Shown piece by piece: positions 27,763-47,793 of a stretch of DNA of 64,000 bases. Under the pieces are notes generated by a model. The model ran no database searches and was not told where the DNA came from. It worked only from the letters and a program-made list of their open reading frames with translations. The position numbers were made by a program, and so were the translations under genes. The DNA is from Myxococcales bacterium (GTDB lineage: Bacteria; Myxococcota_A; UBA9042), in the NCBI GenBank assembly GCA_009692465.1, contig SHZD01000005.1, positions 689-64,688 on the forward strand, in the 5' to 3' direction. Numbering within the stretch: the first letter of the stretch is position 1; each line of letters opens with the position of its first letter.

Positions 27763-28537
27763 CGCCCAAGGTGTCGTAGTGGCGAGGACAAAGGTGGCGG
27801 TAGCGCTCGCCCTCGGAATTGCGGCTATGATACCAGCAGGTTATGCCCATGCTCGCGACATGACTGGCAAGGCCGGTTTTGGCGCTATGGCTGCGGTTTC
27901 GGGCATGCCTTTGGCCGCAGTTCGCTATTGGCGTACCAATCTGGCCTTCGAATTCCTGTTTGGCTGGACGGCCTTCGATCGCATTTTGCCGACGGTGCAG
28001 GTCGGCACTGGCACGACCCCAAGCTCGGCGTTGGGGCAAGGGGCGACCCCAGAGCGAATTACCATGTGCAGTACTCAGTTCGCCGCCCTGCCCGCCGCTA
28101 GCCAGTCGGAGGCGAAGCTGACCTGCGATTGGCGACAAGAACTGTCGGTGCGGCGCTTTGCATTGGGCGCATTGCTGCGAATTGCCGATGCCCCGCGCGC
28201 CAGTTTGGCCGTGGGTCTGCGCCCTTGGCTGCAACTGTCCAATCGGGTGGAGACCCCGACTTACGTCGCCACCAAGGCCGGGGTCAAGACCACGGTGCCG
28301 ACGGCGGCGACCCCCGATTCGCTGGCCGCGCGCTGGGGAGTCGAAGTTCCGATGGTGGCCGAGTTTTTTCTTAATGATCACGCCAGTATCAGTGGCCAAC
28401 TGGGTCTGGGGTTTGGCTGGGGCGCTACCCCAGAGTTGTCGACGCAAGCGATCACCCAAACGATGGGCGACGACGATTTGTGGTTGGCGTTGCAAGGCAA
28501 CTGGTCGGGGGGCGTCGGCCTGCTGTTTTATTTTTGA
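27749..28537 (+). CDS. outer-membrane beta-barrel protein (putative)
   Basis: Signal peptide MVARNAQGVVVARTKVAVALALGIAAMIPAGYAHA, alternating hydrophobic beta-strand pattern, C-terminal ...GVGLLFYF ending in Phe. Confidence 0.55.
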   Translation: MVARNAQGVVVARTKVAVALALGIAAMIPAGYAHARDMTGKAGFGAMAAVSGMPLAAVRYWRTNLAFEFLFGWTAFDRILPTVQVGTGTTPSSALGQGATPERITMCSTQFAALPAASQSEAKLTCDWRQELSVRRFALGALLRIADAPRASLAVGLRPWLQLSNRVETPTYVATKAGVKTTVPTAATPDSLAARWGVEVPMVAEFFLNDHASISGQLGLGFGWGATPELSTQAITQTMGDDDLWLALQGNWSGGVGLLFYF

Positions 28538-28555
28538 GCTTTTTTTGGAGTCAGT

Positions 28556-29032
28556 GTGCACATCGCCCTTGTTCAGCCGGAAATCCCGGGCAACACCGGC
28601 AGCATCGGCCGGGTCTGCGTCGGCACCGCGACCACTTTGCATTTGGTGGGCCAACTCGGTTTTTCACTAGACGAAAAATACGTGCGGCGCGCCGGTCTCG
28701 ACTATTGGAAGAACGTGGATCTGCGACTGCACGTCGATCTGGACGCCTTGATCGCGACCCTGCCGGCGAGTCCGTTGCACCTATTTTCGGCCCACGCCTC
28801 GGTGCGCTACGACAGCGTGGCCTATGGGCCCGACGACGTGCTGATTTTTGGGTGTGAAACCAAAGGCTTGCCGGAGGCGATTGTTCGGCGCTTTGCCGAC
28901 CGCTTGCTGTATGTGCCGACTAACGGCCGCATTCGCAGTCTCAATTTGGCCAATGTGGCGACCGCGGTGTTGTTTGAGGCGCTGCGGCAGCAGGACTTTG
29001 GCGGTATGCAACCGCGACCCGATCCGACTTGA
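28556..29032 (+). CDS. trmL: tRNA (cytidine/uridine-2'-O-)-methyltransferase TrmL (SpoU-TrmD class)
   Basis: GTG start with GGAG RBS. MHIALVQPEIPGNTGSIGRVCVGTATTLHLVGQLGFSLDEKYVRRAGLDYW matches TrmL nearly along its full length. Confidence 0.85.
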   Translation: MHIALVQPEIPGNTGSIGRVCVGTATTLHLVGQLGFSLDEKYVRRAGLDYWKNVDLRLHVDLDALIATLPASPLHLFSAHASVRYDSVAYGPDDVLIFGCETKGLPEAIVRRFADRLLYVPTNGRIRSLNLANVATAVLFEALRQQDFGGMQPRPDPT

Positions 29033-29218
29033 AATCGGTAATGCTGGCGAAATGCAGTTGGTTTTGCCATCGGCACCGCGAATCGGCACGCCCCGCTTGG
29101 CGTTGCTGTCACGGTGGCAGACGCATTGACGCGCAGGGTGCGTTGAGCCCACCATTTTGCGGCCTCAAAATGGGATTTTGAGGTTCTCCCCGCGTTGTTG
29201 CGCACCATTGAGGTTCTG

Positions 29219-29881
29219 ATGTCGATCGTTCGCTCGCCAGCTGCCGTTGCTGCTGTATTCACCCTTTTCGCCACCTTAGCGGTTCTACCGCCGAGCTCAG
29301 CGGCGGCGTTGTCCAAGCCGGGCCCAGTGGTGCCCACGCCACCTGCGGCAGCGGCGGATCCCGATGGGAACCATCCGGCGGTAAAGACCATTACCACCCT
29401 GATCGGCGCGGTGAGATACGGAAAGCATGTCATGGGCTTAACCTTCATGGACGGCTCAGCGCAGGGTGCCTTTATGCTGGGCGACAATTGGCTGCGCGGC
29501 GATGACAGGCAGCGCGCTGAGTTCATTACGCTGTTTCACACGGTGTTCGCCAAAGTGGCCTTTCCCAAAATGCAAAAGAATTTCCAGAACATCCAGACTG
29601 CCGTCTACGATCCGCCGGTAGTGACTGGCAATCGGGCGCTGGTCAAGTCGACGCTGGTGGTACTGCACGCGCTTAAGAAGCAGGAGTACAAGCTTAAGTA
29701 TCAGTTGATTCTGCTAGGTGCCGATTGGAAGTTGGTCGATGTCGAGGTGCTTGGCGAGTCGATGTTGACCGGGGTGCGCAACGAGCAGATTGCCCCCATC
29801 CTCAAAGAGGGCGGTTGGCCGAAACTATTGGATTTGTTGCGTCAAAAAGCCAAATCACTCGAAGGTGTTGTGCTCAAGTAG
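29219..29881 (+). CDS. MlaC/Ttg2D-like periplasmic lipid-binding protein (ABC transporter auxiliary component)
   Basis: Signal peptide, then the family region ...KYQLILLGADWKLVDVEVLGESMLTGVRNEQIAPILKEGGWPKLLDLL. Alternative start at 29195. Confidence 0.6.
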   Translation: MSIVRSPAAVAAVFTLFATLAVLPPSSAAALSKPGPVVPTPPAAAADPDGNHPAVKTITTLIGAVRYGKHVMGLTFMDGSAQGAFMLGDNWLRGDDRQRAEFITLFHTVFAKVAFPKMQKNFQNIQTAVYDPPVVTGNRALVKSTLVVLHALKKQEYKLKYQLILLGADWKLVDVEVLGESMLTGVRNEQIAPILKEGGWPKLLDLLRQKAKSLEGVVLK

Positions 29882-29919
29882 CCGCAGTGGCTAGCGATTC
29901 GCGGCCAAGGCGTTCGGGT

Positions 29920-29980
29920 GCATTTGGTCCCGCGAATTTGGCCCGCGAATTTGGCCCGCGAATTTGGCCCGCGAATTTGG
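29920..29980. repeat. 13-bp tandem repeat x about 4 (cgcgaatttggcc)
   Basis: Read directly. Sits 3' of the mlaC-like gene. Confidence 0.9.
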
Positions 29981-30262
29981 ACAAAGCGGATCATCCTCCG
30001 AAGTTTATCCAATGTAATTATAGTGTTGAACCCGAACTTTTGGGGCCGACACCATTGCGCTCGGCGCGGTGGTTGGGGCAAACTGGAGTGAAGTCGAATG
30101 CAAAGCGAAGTGGTGCCACTTCTGGTCGGCTTGGACGGCGGTCAGCGCTGGTCGTCGATGCGGCGCATGTGGGGCGCAAGTAGTACCCGTCTCGGGCTTG
30201 GCCCGTTGACTAGGGTCATAGTTCAGTTTGTGCGGCAGGCCGGGCTGAACTCAGCGGCGGCA

Positions 30263-30898
30263 ATGGCCAGGCAGACAGGGGCAGCGCTGCTACTGGCGGC
30301 GATCGCTGTTGGCGCCCAAGGCTGTGGCGGTACGCTTGGACAAACTTGGACCGTGGACAACTACGCGGCGAGCGATCAGGCCCAGACCAAGCGCTTGGCG
30401 GTAGCGGTAACGGTCAGCACCCACGGCGTGACGGCCGGTGCCACCCAAGCGGTGCAGCAGTTGTGGGCCAACGTCGCCCGCCGCTATGCCAATCAACACC
30501 GCGATTTCTTGGTGAGGGGTGCGGTAGTCGCCGCCTCAACCCAGACGGCCTTGGCCATGGCTTGCGGACTAGGCACGGCGGATCGGCCGATCCAAGGCGC
30601 GATCGTGGTGGTCGGCGCGCAGACAGCGGTCGGCGACGGGGCCCAAGTAGCGGTGCAGGCACAGTTGGTGCGCTGCGCCGACGCCAAAGTCATTTGGAAG
30701 GCGAGCGGCGAGAATCGGTTTGCCAGTGACGATCCCACCGTCGCCGAGTTGACCCAGTTCTACATGCGTGAACTCGGTGCCGGTGTGCAACCGTGGGTCG
30801 CGCCGGTTTTCCACTTATTGCGCACGGTGTTAGAGACGATGCCCGCTCCAGTGCTCAGCGACGCGGAGACCATGGAGAAGATCGATTTGGGCGAATGA
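30263..30898 (+). CDS. putative lipoprotein (lipobox LLLAAIAVGAQGC)
   Basis: Signal peptide with an AQG-C lipobox at the internal start MARQTGAALLLAAIAVGAQGCGG. The track ORF begins at 30098. Confidence 0.5.
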   Translation: MARQTGAALLLAAIAVGAQGCGGTLGQTWTVDNYAASDQAQTKRLAVAVTVSTHGVTAGATQAVQQLWANVARRYANQHRDFLVRGAVVAASTQTALAMACGLGTADRPIQGAIVVVGAQTAVGDGAQVAVQAQLVRCADAKVIWKASGENRFASDDPTVAELTQFYMRELGAGVQPWVAPVFHLLRTVLETMPAPVLSDAETMEKIDLGE

Positions 30899-31085
30899 CG
30901 CGGACACCCAAATTCACCACCGAAATTCCCCGCGGCCCCCGATTTGGGATGCCAGTGCCCTGTCGCTCGACAAGGAGCAAGGAGCTTTTCTGTCAGGGGC
31001 GTACTCTCGTACGTCCCTGACAGAAAAGTGACGCAGTGACGCCCAGATGCGCCCAAAGCGGGGGATCGCGGGACACCAGTGGCCT
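30897..31085. repeat. dispersed repeat family 2, copy B, with an inserted perfect 14-bp-stem hairpin (cttttctgtcaggg...ccctgacagaaaag)
   Basis: Aligns to 8885-9080 apart from the hairpin insertion. Confidence 0.7.
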
Positions 31086-31159
31086 TGACTTGGTGACAGT
31101 CTGGCTGGATTCCGTGGCTAATTTGTCGGTGGTCCGCGACTCAAGTGAGTTGGGCTGCT

Positions 31160-31280
31160 TGGATTAGGAACTGTCCTCAAATAACTCGATCGATCCGGGC
31201 AACACAGGAGCGGCGAGTCGGCCTTTCAGGACGCGAGCTTAGCGACCAACAAAGCAAGCAAACGGAACCAGTCCCCTAAT
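31160..31280. repeat. MITE-like dispersed repeat family 1, copy 2 (3'-truncated or degenerate)
   Basis: About 95% identical over 111 bp to 24415-24522. Confidence 0.7.
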
Positions 31281-31290
31281 GGATCTGGGC

Positions 31291-33291
31291 TCAACGCCCG
31301 CCGGCGAGCGCCAGACTGCCCTCGCCAGTGTCGAACACGACCTCGTCGTCAGTAGTCGCCGCCGTGCTCACTTCACCCGCGCGCAACGCCGCCAGTGCCG
31401 CCAGCCGCTGCCGCAGCCCGACCACGCTCCACTTGACTCCGCCGCCGTGGTCATCAGGTTCCAGGCCCAAATCAAGCAGCATCGCCTCGATCTCGCGCTG
31501 CAAGTCCTTGGCGCTCCAGCTAGTTTTGAGCTTGCTCAGCGAAAACGCTGCCGTCCCCGCCAGTTCGGCCGCGTTGATGTGATTGCCGGCTTGATCGAGC
31601 TGGCGGCGCAGAGAATGAATGGTAAAGTGCCGAATATCCCGAAGAATTCCGACCAACGCGCCCTGACGCACCGCCCGGTCCGTCACCGCCGCCAGCACCA
31701 AGGTCCCGGGGGCCAACAGACAAAACAGCGCACTTAGGCTGGCGTCGAGACCGCGAACCGGCAAGTCTGGGGACTCGGTGGCGATAGCGGCGGCCAGCAC
31801 CACCAACGTCATCCATGGCCCGCCGGCCAAGCGCATGGCGCCACCCAGGTGATCCAGCGCCAGTCCCGGCACGTTGACAGCCAGGGCTTTGGGTTGCCGC
31901 AAGCGTTGGTCGGCCCGCCCCAGGTACTCCAAAGCGCACTCCGCGGGCAGGTCTGCGGCATGCTGCCACGCCTCGATCGGCAGCGCAAAGTCGATATCGC
32001 CAGCCGTAGTCACCGCCATGTCACCGCCGTGCAGCGCCAGCAAGCGGGCGCCGACATCGATCGCCTCGGGCAAGTCCAGACCGGCATCCATGGCGATTTC
32101 TAGGGCCGACAGGCGTCCATGTTGCCGTTTGGCTCGGGCCATGAGCCGCGGCGCCAAGTGATCGTCGCCAGGTCGGCCGAGCAGCAGGCGCCGCAGCGCT
32201 CGCACCAGCCGCAGGGCTAGGTCGTTGGTCGGCAGCCAGCGCTCCCACTTACTCGCCCGTTCGCCGCGTTGCAACCAGTACAGCGGCGCCATGTCGCGGT
32301 CGGGCTCGCCCAAGCGTTTGACCGCGCGCCACAAACCAAACAGCCAAATGCCGACCACCGCCAAGCTGCCGGCCACAAGCGCGATCAAGATCGCGACCGC
32401 GATGATTAGCAGGACGACCAGGCAGCCTTCGCCGTCGACGTCGAATGAGGTGGGCATCCAGGAACTCATCGAGCTAGAACCATCTGACTCTTCAGACGAT
32501 TGCTGCTTTTTCGCCATTCGGTCTTGCCGCCTGCGTTGCTTGTCGCCGGCCGGACCCTCTGCCGGGACTAGGCTATCCAGCGGCGGTTGCGGAGCCAGCT
32601 TGGGCCCACCGGTGTGCACCGTCAGTGCCACCAGCCACGCCCCGACCTGAGCAGCCAAGTACACGCCGGCAAACTCGACGATGCCCATAAGGGCCACGCC
32701 GAGTTGGTTTTGGGTGCCCTCTGCCTGCGACACCTCGCGCAGGGCTTGGATGCCGACCAGCAGGCCAACCACGACCCACCACAACGCGCCCAGATTGGCC
32801 AACATCGCGATCACGAAGAGCAACAGTCGCTGTGGCCACGCGTGCCAGGCCTGACGCACCGCGCTTTGCAGCGCCTGAACGGAAAAATCATGCAGCAACA
32901 AGCCGTTGCGGGTCACGCGCAACCGGCATGGCAGGCGCGAGCGCCAGTCTGCCAGCAGCGCGGTGGTGACTTCGACGGGGACGGCCAATTGGGTAGCTAG
33001 TTCGTGCGCTTGCAGCCCGCAAACTTGACCATTTTGGGCGCGAGCGAGGACCAGCGGCACGGCGCGGGCCTGGGCGCTGCGAACCGCGGAATCGAAGCGG
33101 CGCGCCGCAGTGGTCGGATTGGCCGAACCGTCCGCGTTGTGGCTAGTCAACGGCAGCGATGGCATATGCTTGCGGGCTTGGCCGGGAACGGCATCGACCC
33201 ACCGCCCCAGCCGCCAAGCCGCCAGTCGGCCGAGGACCGGAGCGGCGATCAACGTGATCAGCAGCAGCGGCAGAAGGTCGCGGTCGTGCAT
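31291..33291 (-). CDS. large membrane protein of unknown function (666 aa)
   Basis: Long ORF with several hydrophobic helices (LLLFVIAMLANLGALWWVVVGLLVGI, LVVLLIIAVAILIALVAGSLAVVGIWLF). No family recognised. Confidence 0.5.
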   Translation of the reverse strand: MHDRDLLPLLLITLIAAPVLGRLAAWRLGRWVDAVPGQARKHMPSLPLTSHNADGSANPTTAARRFDSAVRSAQARAVPLVLARAQNGQVCGLQAHELATQLAVPVEVTTALLADWRSRLPCRLRVTRNGLLLHDFSVQALQSAVRQAWHAWPQRLLLFVIAMLANLGALWWVVVGLLVGIQALREVSQAEGTQNQLGVALMGIVEFAGVYLAAQVGAWLVALTVHTGGPKLAPQPPLDSLVPAEGPAGDKQRRRQDRMAKKQQSSEESDGSSSMSSWMPTSFDVDGEGCLVVLLIIAVAILIALVAGSLAVVGIWLFGLWRAVKRLGEPDRDMAPLYWLQRGERASKWERWLPTNDLALRLVRALRRLLLGRPGDDHLAPRLMARAKRQHGRLSALEIAMDAGLDLPEAIDVGARLLALHGGDMAVTTAGDIDFALPIEAWQHAADLPAECALEYLGRADQRLRQPKALAVNVPGLALDHLGGAMRLAGGPWMTLVVLAAAIATESPDLPVRGLDASLSALFCLLAPGTLVLAAVTDRAVRQGALVGILRDIRHFTIHSLRRQLDQAGNHINAAELAGTAAFSLSKLKTSWSAKDLQREIEAMLLDLGLEPDDHGGGVKWSVVGLRQRLAALAALRAGEVSTAATTDDEVVFDTGEGSLALAGGR

Positions 33292-33467
33292 GGGTAGGCT
33301 CTCAGTGGGCGCGCAACCGCGGTTGCCGGAGCGACAACTCTACGCTTCAAATCTGCTATTGAACCACGGACCGCCTAGAGACCTAGCCAATTATCGCCGA
33401 TCCTGCAAGAAATTCCCCAACAAAACCGGAGAGGCGTGACGCCAAGCCGCAGGCAATTGAATGAGTG

Positions 33468-33665
33468 CCGCACGCTCGCGACCCGCGCAACAAGCAAGGA
33501 GACGCCGAGCAAATCCCATTTGCTCGGCTCTCAGAAACCGGACCAACTACCGCAGACCCGCAGTACACTCCCGAACAAAAACGGAGCGGCGAGACGCCCT
33601 TGGCGATCGCTCGCGACCCGCGCAACAAGCAAGGAGACGCCGAGCAAATCCCATTTGCTCGGCTG
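33468..33665. repeat. two copies of an about 57-bp repeat, each containing a perfect 8-bp-stem hairpin (gagcaaat-ccc-atttgctc), immediately 3' of rpoC; T-runs nearby on the minus strand
   Basis: ctcgcgacccgcgcaacaagcaaggagacgccgagcaaatcccatttgctcggct occurs at about 33468 and about 33606. The minus-strand transcript has cgtttttgtt after copy 1. Candidate terminator or REP-like element. Confidence 0.5.
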
Positions 33666-33666
33666 T

Positions 33667-38235
<4,569 letters not shown>

Positions 38236-38349
38236 GATTGACCTTCCTGTTTTGGGGCAGCGCGGCTTTTGGGGTCAGCGCTGTGGTGATTTCGAACGGG
38301 TATCTGGAGGGTAGGGGTGAGCGGAGCAGAGCGAACTGCAGGCCGCAAC

Positions 38350-43260
<4,911 letters not shown>

Positions 43261-43509
43261 ACTCCCGGGCGCGGTCGATGACGGCGGCGGCCCCTTAGCG
43301 AAAAGTGGAAACCAAAACTAGGTGGAGGCGCGGTGCAACGCGCCCAGAACACGGGCAAGCGCAGGCGCCGAGATCCATTTAGACCCCTGCGCCTGCGTCG
43401 CCTATTGCCAGTTGCTGCGCCCTACCGACCACAGTCCAGACGACGGCGCACGGCCGTCGAGCGCAAGAACACAAACCCTGCTAGAAGATCAACCAGTTAC
43501 ATCTAGGTG

Positions 43510-43899
43510 TTACTTGATTTCGATCTTGGCGCCGGCTTCTTCCAGCTTCTTCTTGATGCCTTCAGCGTCGGCCTTGGAGACAGCTTCCTTGATCATGCCG
43601 CCGGCCTTTTCGGAAAGCTCTTTGGCTTCCTTGAGACCCAGCGCGGTGATTTCGCGAATCGCCTTGATCACGTTGATCTTGCTGGCGCCGGCTTCGAGGA
43701 TGACGACATCGAACTCGGTCTTTTCTTCGACCTTGGGGGCTTCGGCCGCAGCCGCACCACCACCGGACATGGCCATCATCGGCATGCCGGCGGAGGCTTT
43801 GACGCCCCACGCTGTCTCGAGTTCTTTTGTTAGATCAGCCAGTTCCAATACGGTCAGGCCATTGAGGTAGCTGACGACGTCAGCGCGATTGAGAGACAT
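43510..43899 (-). CDS. rplL: 50S ribosomal protein L7/L12
   Basis: [33 protein letters not shown]...[68 protein letters not shown]. Confidence 0.97.
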   Translation of the reverse strand: MSLNRADVVSYLNGLTVLELADLTKELETAWGVKASAGMPMMAMSGGGAAAAEAPKVEEKTEFDVVILEAGASKINVIKAIREITALGLKEAKELSEKAGGMIKEAVSKADAEGIKKKLEEAGAKIEIK

Positions 43900-44093
43900 G
43901 TTCGGTACTCCTGCAGAAAATTAAGCTTGCCATTGCAGAGCAAGTGCCCAAGCCCCACCTAGAGCTTGAACGGGCAATGGACGCTGCGGCAGTGGGCCAG
44001 CTGGTGGGCTGGCACTCGAATCCGGAACCTTTCCGGTCGTTTGCCGCGATTGGCTACAGCAGCGCAAGGCTGCTTTGGTCGAAACCCCGGTTG

Positions 44094-44615
44094 CTAGGCA
44101 GCTTCTTTGAGCTGCTCTTCGCGCTGAGCCAGCACGCTGAGGAAGTCGCGCGGCGCTGCCGCTAACGTCCCCACGAACTTTTGGGCCACAGCGGTCAGAA
44201 CACCCAAGAACATCGCCTTCAGTTCGTCTTTACCGGGCAATTCAGACAACATCTTGATGCCGTCGGCATCGATGACCTTGCCCGAAATTGCGCCGCCTTT
44301 GACGACCAGTTTCGGCATATCCTTGGCTACCTTGAGAATCGCCTTGGCTGGACCGACAATGTCGGGACCAAAAGCAATCAACACGGGCCCTACCAGCCTG
44401 TCGCTGGCCACCTCCAAAGAGGTGCCTTTGACCGACAAGCGAGCAAGGGTGTTCTTGACAACGCGAACTTTGCCGCCGGCCGCGCGCACCGCACCGCGCA
44501 GAGTCTGCATCTCGGTGACCGAAATGCCTTTATTCTCTGCGATGATAACGCTGTCGATGCCGTCAAGTTCGCGTCGCAGGGTGTCGACCCGAACGTGCTT
44601 TTGTTGCTTGTTCAT
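44094..44615 (-). CDS. rplJ: 50S ribosomal protein L10
   Basis: Family-wide match and its position between rplA and rplL. Confidence 0.95.
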   Translation of the reverse strand: MNKQQKHVRVDTLRRELDGIDSVIIAENKGISVTEMQTLRGAVRAAGGKVRVVKNTLARLSVKGTSLEVASDRLVGPVLIAFGPDIVGPAKAILKVAKDMPKLVVKGGAISGKVIDADGIKMLSELPGKDELKAMFLGVLTAVAQKFVGTLAAAPRDFLSVLAQREEQLKEAA

Positions 44616-45081
44616 GGTCTTTCTCCTTGCAACGCCTGAGATTCCGAAGGTGGCGACACCGCGTCGCTGCCTTCACGCAAGAACCGTCGCGCTTGGACCC
44701 TGTGCGAACCCCGCTGCCGGGTACTCGCACGTGGTCGCCGCGCGTTTCGCTGGCAGACCGGCTCGGCCGATTTGCCAAACGAAACCTGTCGGACTCCTCA
44801 CGCCTCCGCCGGACTTGCTGGGCGTCGATTGCTCGAACGCTCACGCCGACTTCTCAGACGCGACCCCTTGCGGGGTCAGTTCCTGCGACTCGGGTTGAGT
44901 CGGCAGGGGTCGCCTGCGCTTGAATTGCTTCAGCCGCAGGCCACGTTGGGTACTTCCGATGCCGCGGAAGCGCGGTTGCCTTCACTGTGGCCGGACAGGC
45001 TACCGAGTCTGGCGCTGGTCCATGGCCACTGGCCCTCGGGGCGCCGACTGCCAGTCGGGCTTGAGCCAAAGTGTGGATCTG
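44616..45081 (-). promoter_or_regulatory. rplJ leader region, about 465 nt (expected L10(L12)4 autoregulatory leader)
   Basis: A long untranslated spacer between rplA and rplJ, as in other bacteria where the L10 leader sits. The structure was not verified. Confidence 0.35.
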
Positions 45082-45789
45082 CTAGTGCTTCGCTTCGCCG
45101 GCCAAGGCCACCGCGTCGACGCGCACGCCGGGCGAGTGGGTCGTCGCCACCGTCACTGATTTGACGTAGGTCCCCTTGGCGGTCGCCGGCTTGAGCTTGA
45201 CTAAGGCATCAATCAAAGCGTGAATGTTTTCGCTCAGTTTAATGGCCTCAAACGAACGCTTGCCGACTCCGACGTGGATAATCCCGGACTTTTCGGCGCG
45301 AAATTCGATCTTGCCCGCCTTGGCCGCCTTGACCGCCGCGCCCACTTCAAAGGTGACGGTGCCCACTTTGGGGTTGGGCATCAGACCGCGCGGCCCGAGC
45401 AGTTTGCCGATCTTGCCGACCGCGACCATCATATTGGGCGTCGCCACGCAGGTGTCGAAGTCGAACCAACCGGCTTTGATTTTGTCGATGAGCTCGTCGC
45501 CACCGGCGTAGTCGGCGCCAGCGTCGAGCGCCTCTTTTTCCTTGTCGCCGCGGGCAAACACCAGCACGCGATTGACTTTGCCGGTGCCATTGGGCAGCAC
45601 GACCGCGCCACGGACCATTTGGTCGGCGTGCTTGGGGTTGATGCCCAGATTGATTGCGACTTCAATCGACTCGTCGTACTTGGCGGCGCCAATCGACTTG
45701 ACGATGCCACAGGCTTCTTCAAGGGAATAGCGCTTCTGGCGGTCAAACTTGGCCAGAGCCGCGCGGTATTTTTTGGAATGGGTTGCCAT
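45082..45789 (-). CDS. rplA: 50S ribosomal protein L1
   Basis: [26 protein letters not shown]...; a canonical L1. Confidence 0.96.
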   Translation of the reverse strand: MATHSKKYRAALAKFDRQKRYSLEEACGIVKSIGAAKYDESIEVAINLGINPKHADQMVRGAVVLPNGTGKVNRVLVFARGDKEKEALDAGADYAGGDELIDKIKAGWFDFDTCVATPNMMVAVGKIGKLLGPRGLMPNPKVGTVTFEVGAAVKAAKAGKIEFRAEKSGIIHVGVGKRSFEAIKLSENIHALIDALVKLKPATAKGTYVKSVTVATTHSPGVRVDAVALAGEAKH

Positions 45790-45982
45790 GATGTGCTCCG
45801 ATGGATGGACTCAGGTTGGCGGTGCCGATGGGCCATGGGATCTGCGACCCCGCTGTGGATTTGGCACCTGGATGTGGATCTCGACGTGCTAGGTGCTTGC
45901 CGGTGGGCCAGCAGGTTGCCGATGGTCAAACCAGTGCCAACAGCCGCGAATGCGTTGCGTGCACTGACCAGGCCGCGGGCCG

Positions 45983-46408
45983 CTAGCCGATGACGTCGAT
46001 GCCCATGGAACGCGCGGTGCCGGCAATGGTTGCCGCTGCGCCTTTCATGTCGACCGCATACAGGTCGGGCATCTTGATCTTGGCGATTTCGTCGACCTGT
46101 TCCATGGTCACTTTGCCAACCTTGTCGCGGTTGGGAACCGCGGAGCCTTTGTCCAACTTGGCGTATTTAAGCAACAACCGCGAGGCCGGCGGCGTTTTGG
46201 TCACAAAGGTGAACGACCGGTCCGAGTAAACGGTAATGACAACCGGAATGATCATACCCGCTTGTGGGGCAGTTTCTGCGTTGTAAGCCTTGCAAAACTG
46301 CATGATGTTGACGCCGTGCTGACCCAAGGCCGGCCCGACCGGTGGCGACGGCGTCGCCTTGCCAGCAGGCAATTGCAGCTTGACATAACCCGTTATTTTC
46401 TTTGCCAT
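45983..46408 (-). CDS. rplK: 50S ribosomal protein L11
   Basis: [44 protein letters not shown]... with the conserved PPVGPALG motif. Confidence 0.97.
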   Translation of the reverse strand: MAKKITGYVKLQLPAGKATPSPPVGPALGQHGVNIMQFCKAYNAETAPQAGMIIPVVITVYSDRSFTFVTKTPPASRLLLKYAKLDKGSAVPNRDKVGKVTMEQVDEIAKIKMPDLYAVDMKGAAATIAGTARSMGIDVIG

Positions 46409-46594
46409 AACTTCCTCCGAGCCGCCGACTCACTGGCCGCGGCCCTTGGGTGAATTGCCTGCAGTGGCCTGCGCCATCCCACCGACACCGTGCTGATTGC
46501 GGCGCCAATTCGGCCTCCGTGGCCGACAGCGCCTCGCACCTACCAGTTCGCGCAGGCAGCCAATTGGCAGCACTACCCGACCTGAACCGCGGAC

Positions 46595-47284
46595 TTAGCC
46601 GCCGATTTTTTCAACTTGCATAAAACCCAGCTCAACTGGCGTGGCCCGGCCAAAAATCGAGACCAACACTTTGAGTTTCTGCTTGTCGGCCTGCACTTCC
46701 GCCACTGTGCCCGAGAAGTTGGCGAACGGTCCATCGATCACCCGAACCTCAGTCCCCTCGTTAAAGGACACCACCGGCTTGGCGGCCACTTCGCTTTGTT
46801 CCAGCTGACCCAAGATATGGTCGACTTCGCGTTGCGGCACCGGGGCCGGCATCTTCATCTTCTCCTTGTCAGATCCGACAAAGCCGATGATCTTTTGGGT
46901 GTTCTTGACTAAATGCCAGGTGGCGTCGTTGAGCACCATGTTCACTAGCAAGTAACCAGGGAAAAACTTGCGCTGCGACTCGCGACGCACACCTGAACGC
47001 ACCTCAGCGACTTTTTCTGTTGGAATCAAGACTTCACCGAAAAACTGCTCCAGATTCTCGTCGCGAGCACGCTGCATCAAGCTGGTCTTGGCCAGATTCT
47101 CTGAACCAGTATAGGTATTGACGATGTACCACCGCATGCGCAAGGCGCGCGGCACTACTGCTGGCGCATCCACGGCTTGTGCCGCTGAGGCCAAGTCAGC
47201 AGTCACTGCCAATGGGTCAATGACGGCGTCGGCTGACGGCGCGCTAAGTTCTTGGGACATCATGGGGCACCTCTGGGCAGCCAT
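46595..47284 (-). CDS. nusG: transcription termination/antitermination factor NusG (with a roughly 50-aa N-terminal extension at the ORF level)
   Basis: NGN domain [13 protein letters not shown]..., and a KOW domain [46 protein letters not shown]. The conserved part starts near 47137. Confidence 0.93.
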   Translation of the reverse strand: MAAQRCPMMSQELSAPSADAVIDPLAVTADLASAAQAVDAPAVVPRALRMRWYIVNTYTGSENLAKTSLMQRARDENLEQFFGEVLIPTEKVAEVRSGVRRESQRKFFPGYLLVNMVLNDATWHLVKNTQKIIGFVGSDKEKMKMPAPVPQREVDHILGQLEQSEVAAKPVVSFNEGTEVRVIDGPFANFSGTVAEVQADKQKLKVLVSIFGRATPVELGFMQVEKIGG

Positions 47285-47363
47285 CGCGGTCCGCGTAGGC
47301 TGGCGGTTTGTCTAACTCGGCGTGTCGCTGCGTTTATCGAGCGGCGACGGCGGTTACCAAATC

Positions 47364-47774
47364 TCAGATCTTGTAGACAAAGCGACTGACGAAAGCGAAA
47401 ACGGTGTCGTAGGCCCACAGTACGCACGCCACCAGCACGGTTGTGATCATCACGACTACTGTCGACAGGCGCACCTCTGGCCACGACGGCCACGAGACTT
47501 TGCGCAATTCTCCAGCAATTTCATGGGCCTGCCCAAACAACCAGCTATTTCGCCACAACAAAATGCCACCAGCGACGCCGAACGCGACGCCGAGCAGATT
47601 GCTCAGGCGAAATTCCCGGCCAATGATGTAGGCATCCCATTGCCAGCGATCGCCACTGGACGCATTGAGCGGCGGCAGGGCGTCCAGCAGCGTGCCGAAC
47701 AGGTTGGCGCTGACAAACCACAGCACCAGCGCGATTGCGACAAATGCCATGTTGACCATGCGTTCTTGACTCAT
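47364..47774 (-). CDS. secE: preprotein translocase subunit SecE (3-TM form)
   Basis: C-terminal conserved region EIAGELRKVSWPSWPEVRLSTVVVMITTVLVACVLWAYDTVF. Start chosen at MSQERMVNM, preceded by GGAAAAGGA. The track ORF extends into the upstream repeat array. Confidence 0.85.
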   Translation of the reverse strand: MSQERMVNMAFVAIALVLWFVSANLFGTLLDALPPLNASSGDRWQWDAYIIGREFRLSNLLGVAFGVAGGILLWRNSWLFGQAHEIAGELRKVSWPSWPEVRLSTVVVMITTVLVACVLWAYDTVFAFVSRFVYKI

Positions 47775-47793
47775 TGCGTCCTTTTCCTTCGCC

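Noticed and set aside
43380-43509. Stem-loop cgacggc-gcacg-gccgtcg in the rplL-rpoB spacer as a terminator
   Set aside because: No downstream U-tract on the transcript. More likely part of the known rplL-rpoB attenuator or processing structure. Not annotated as a feature.
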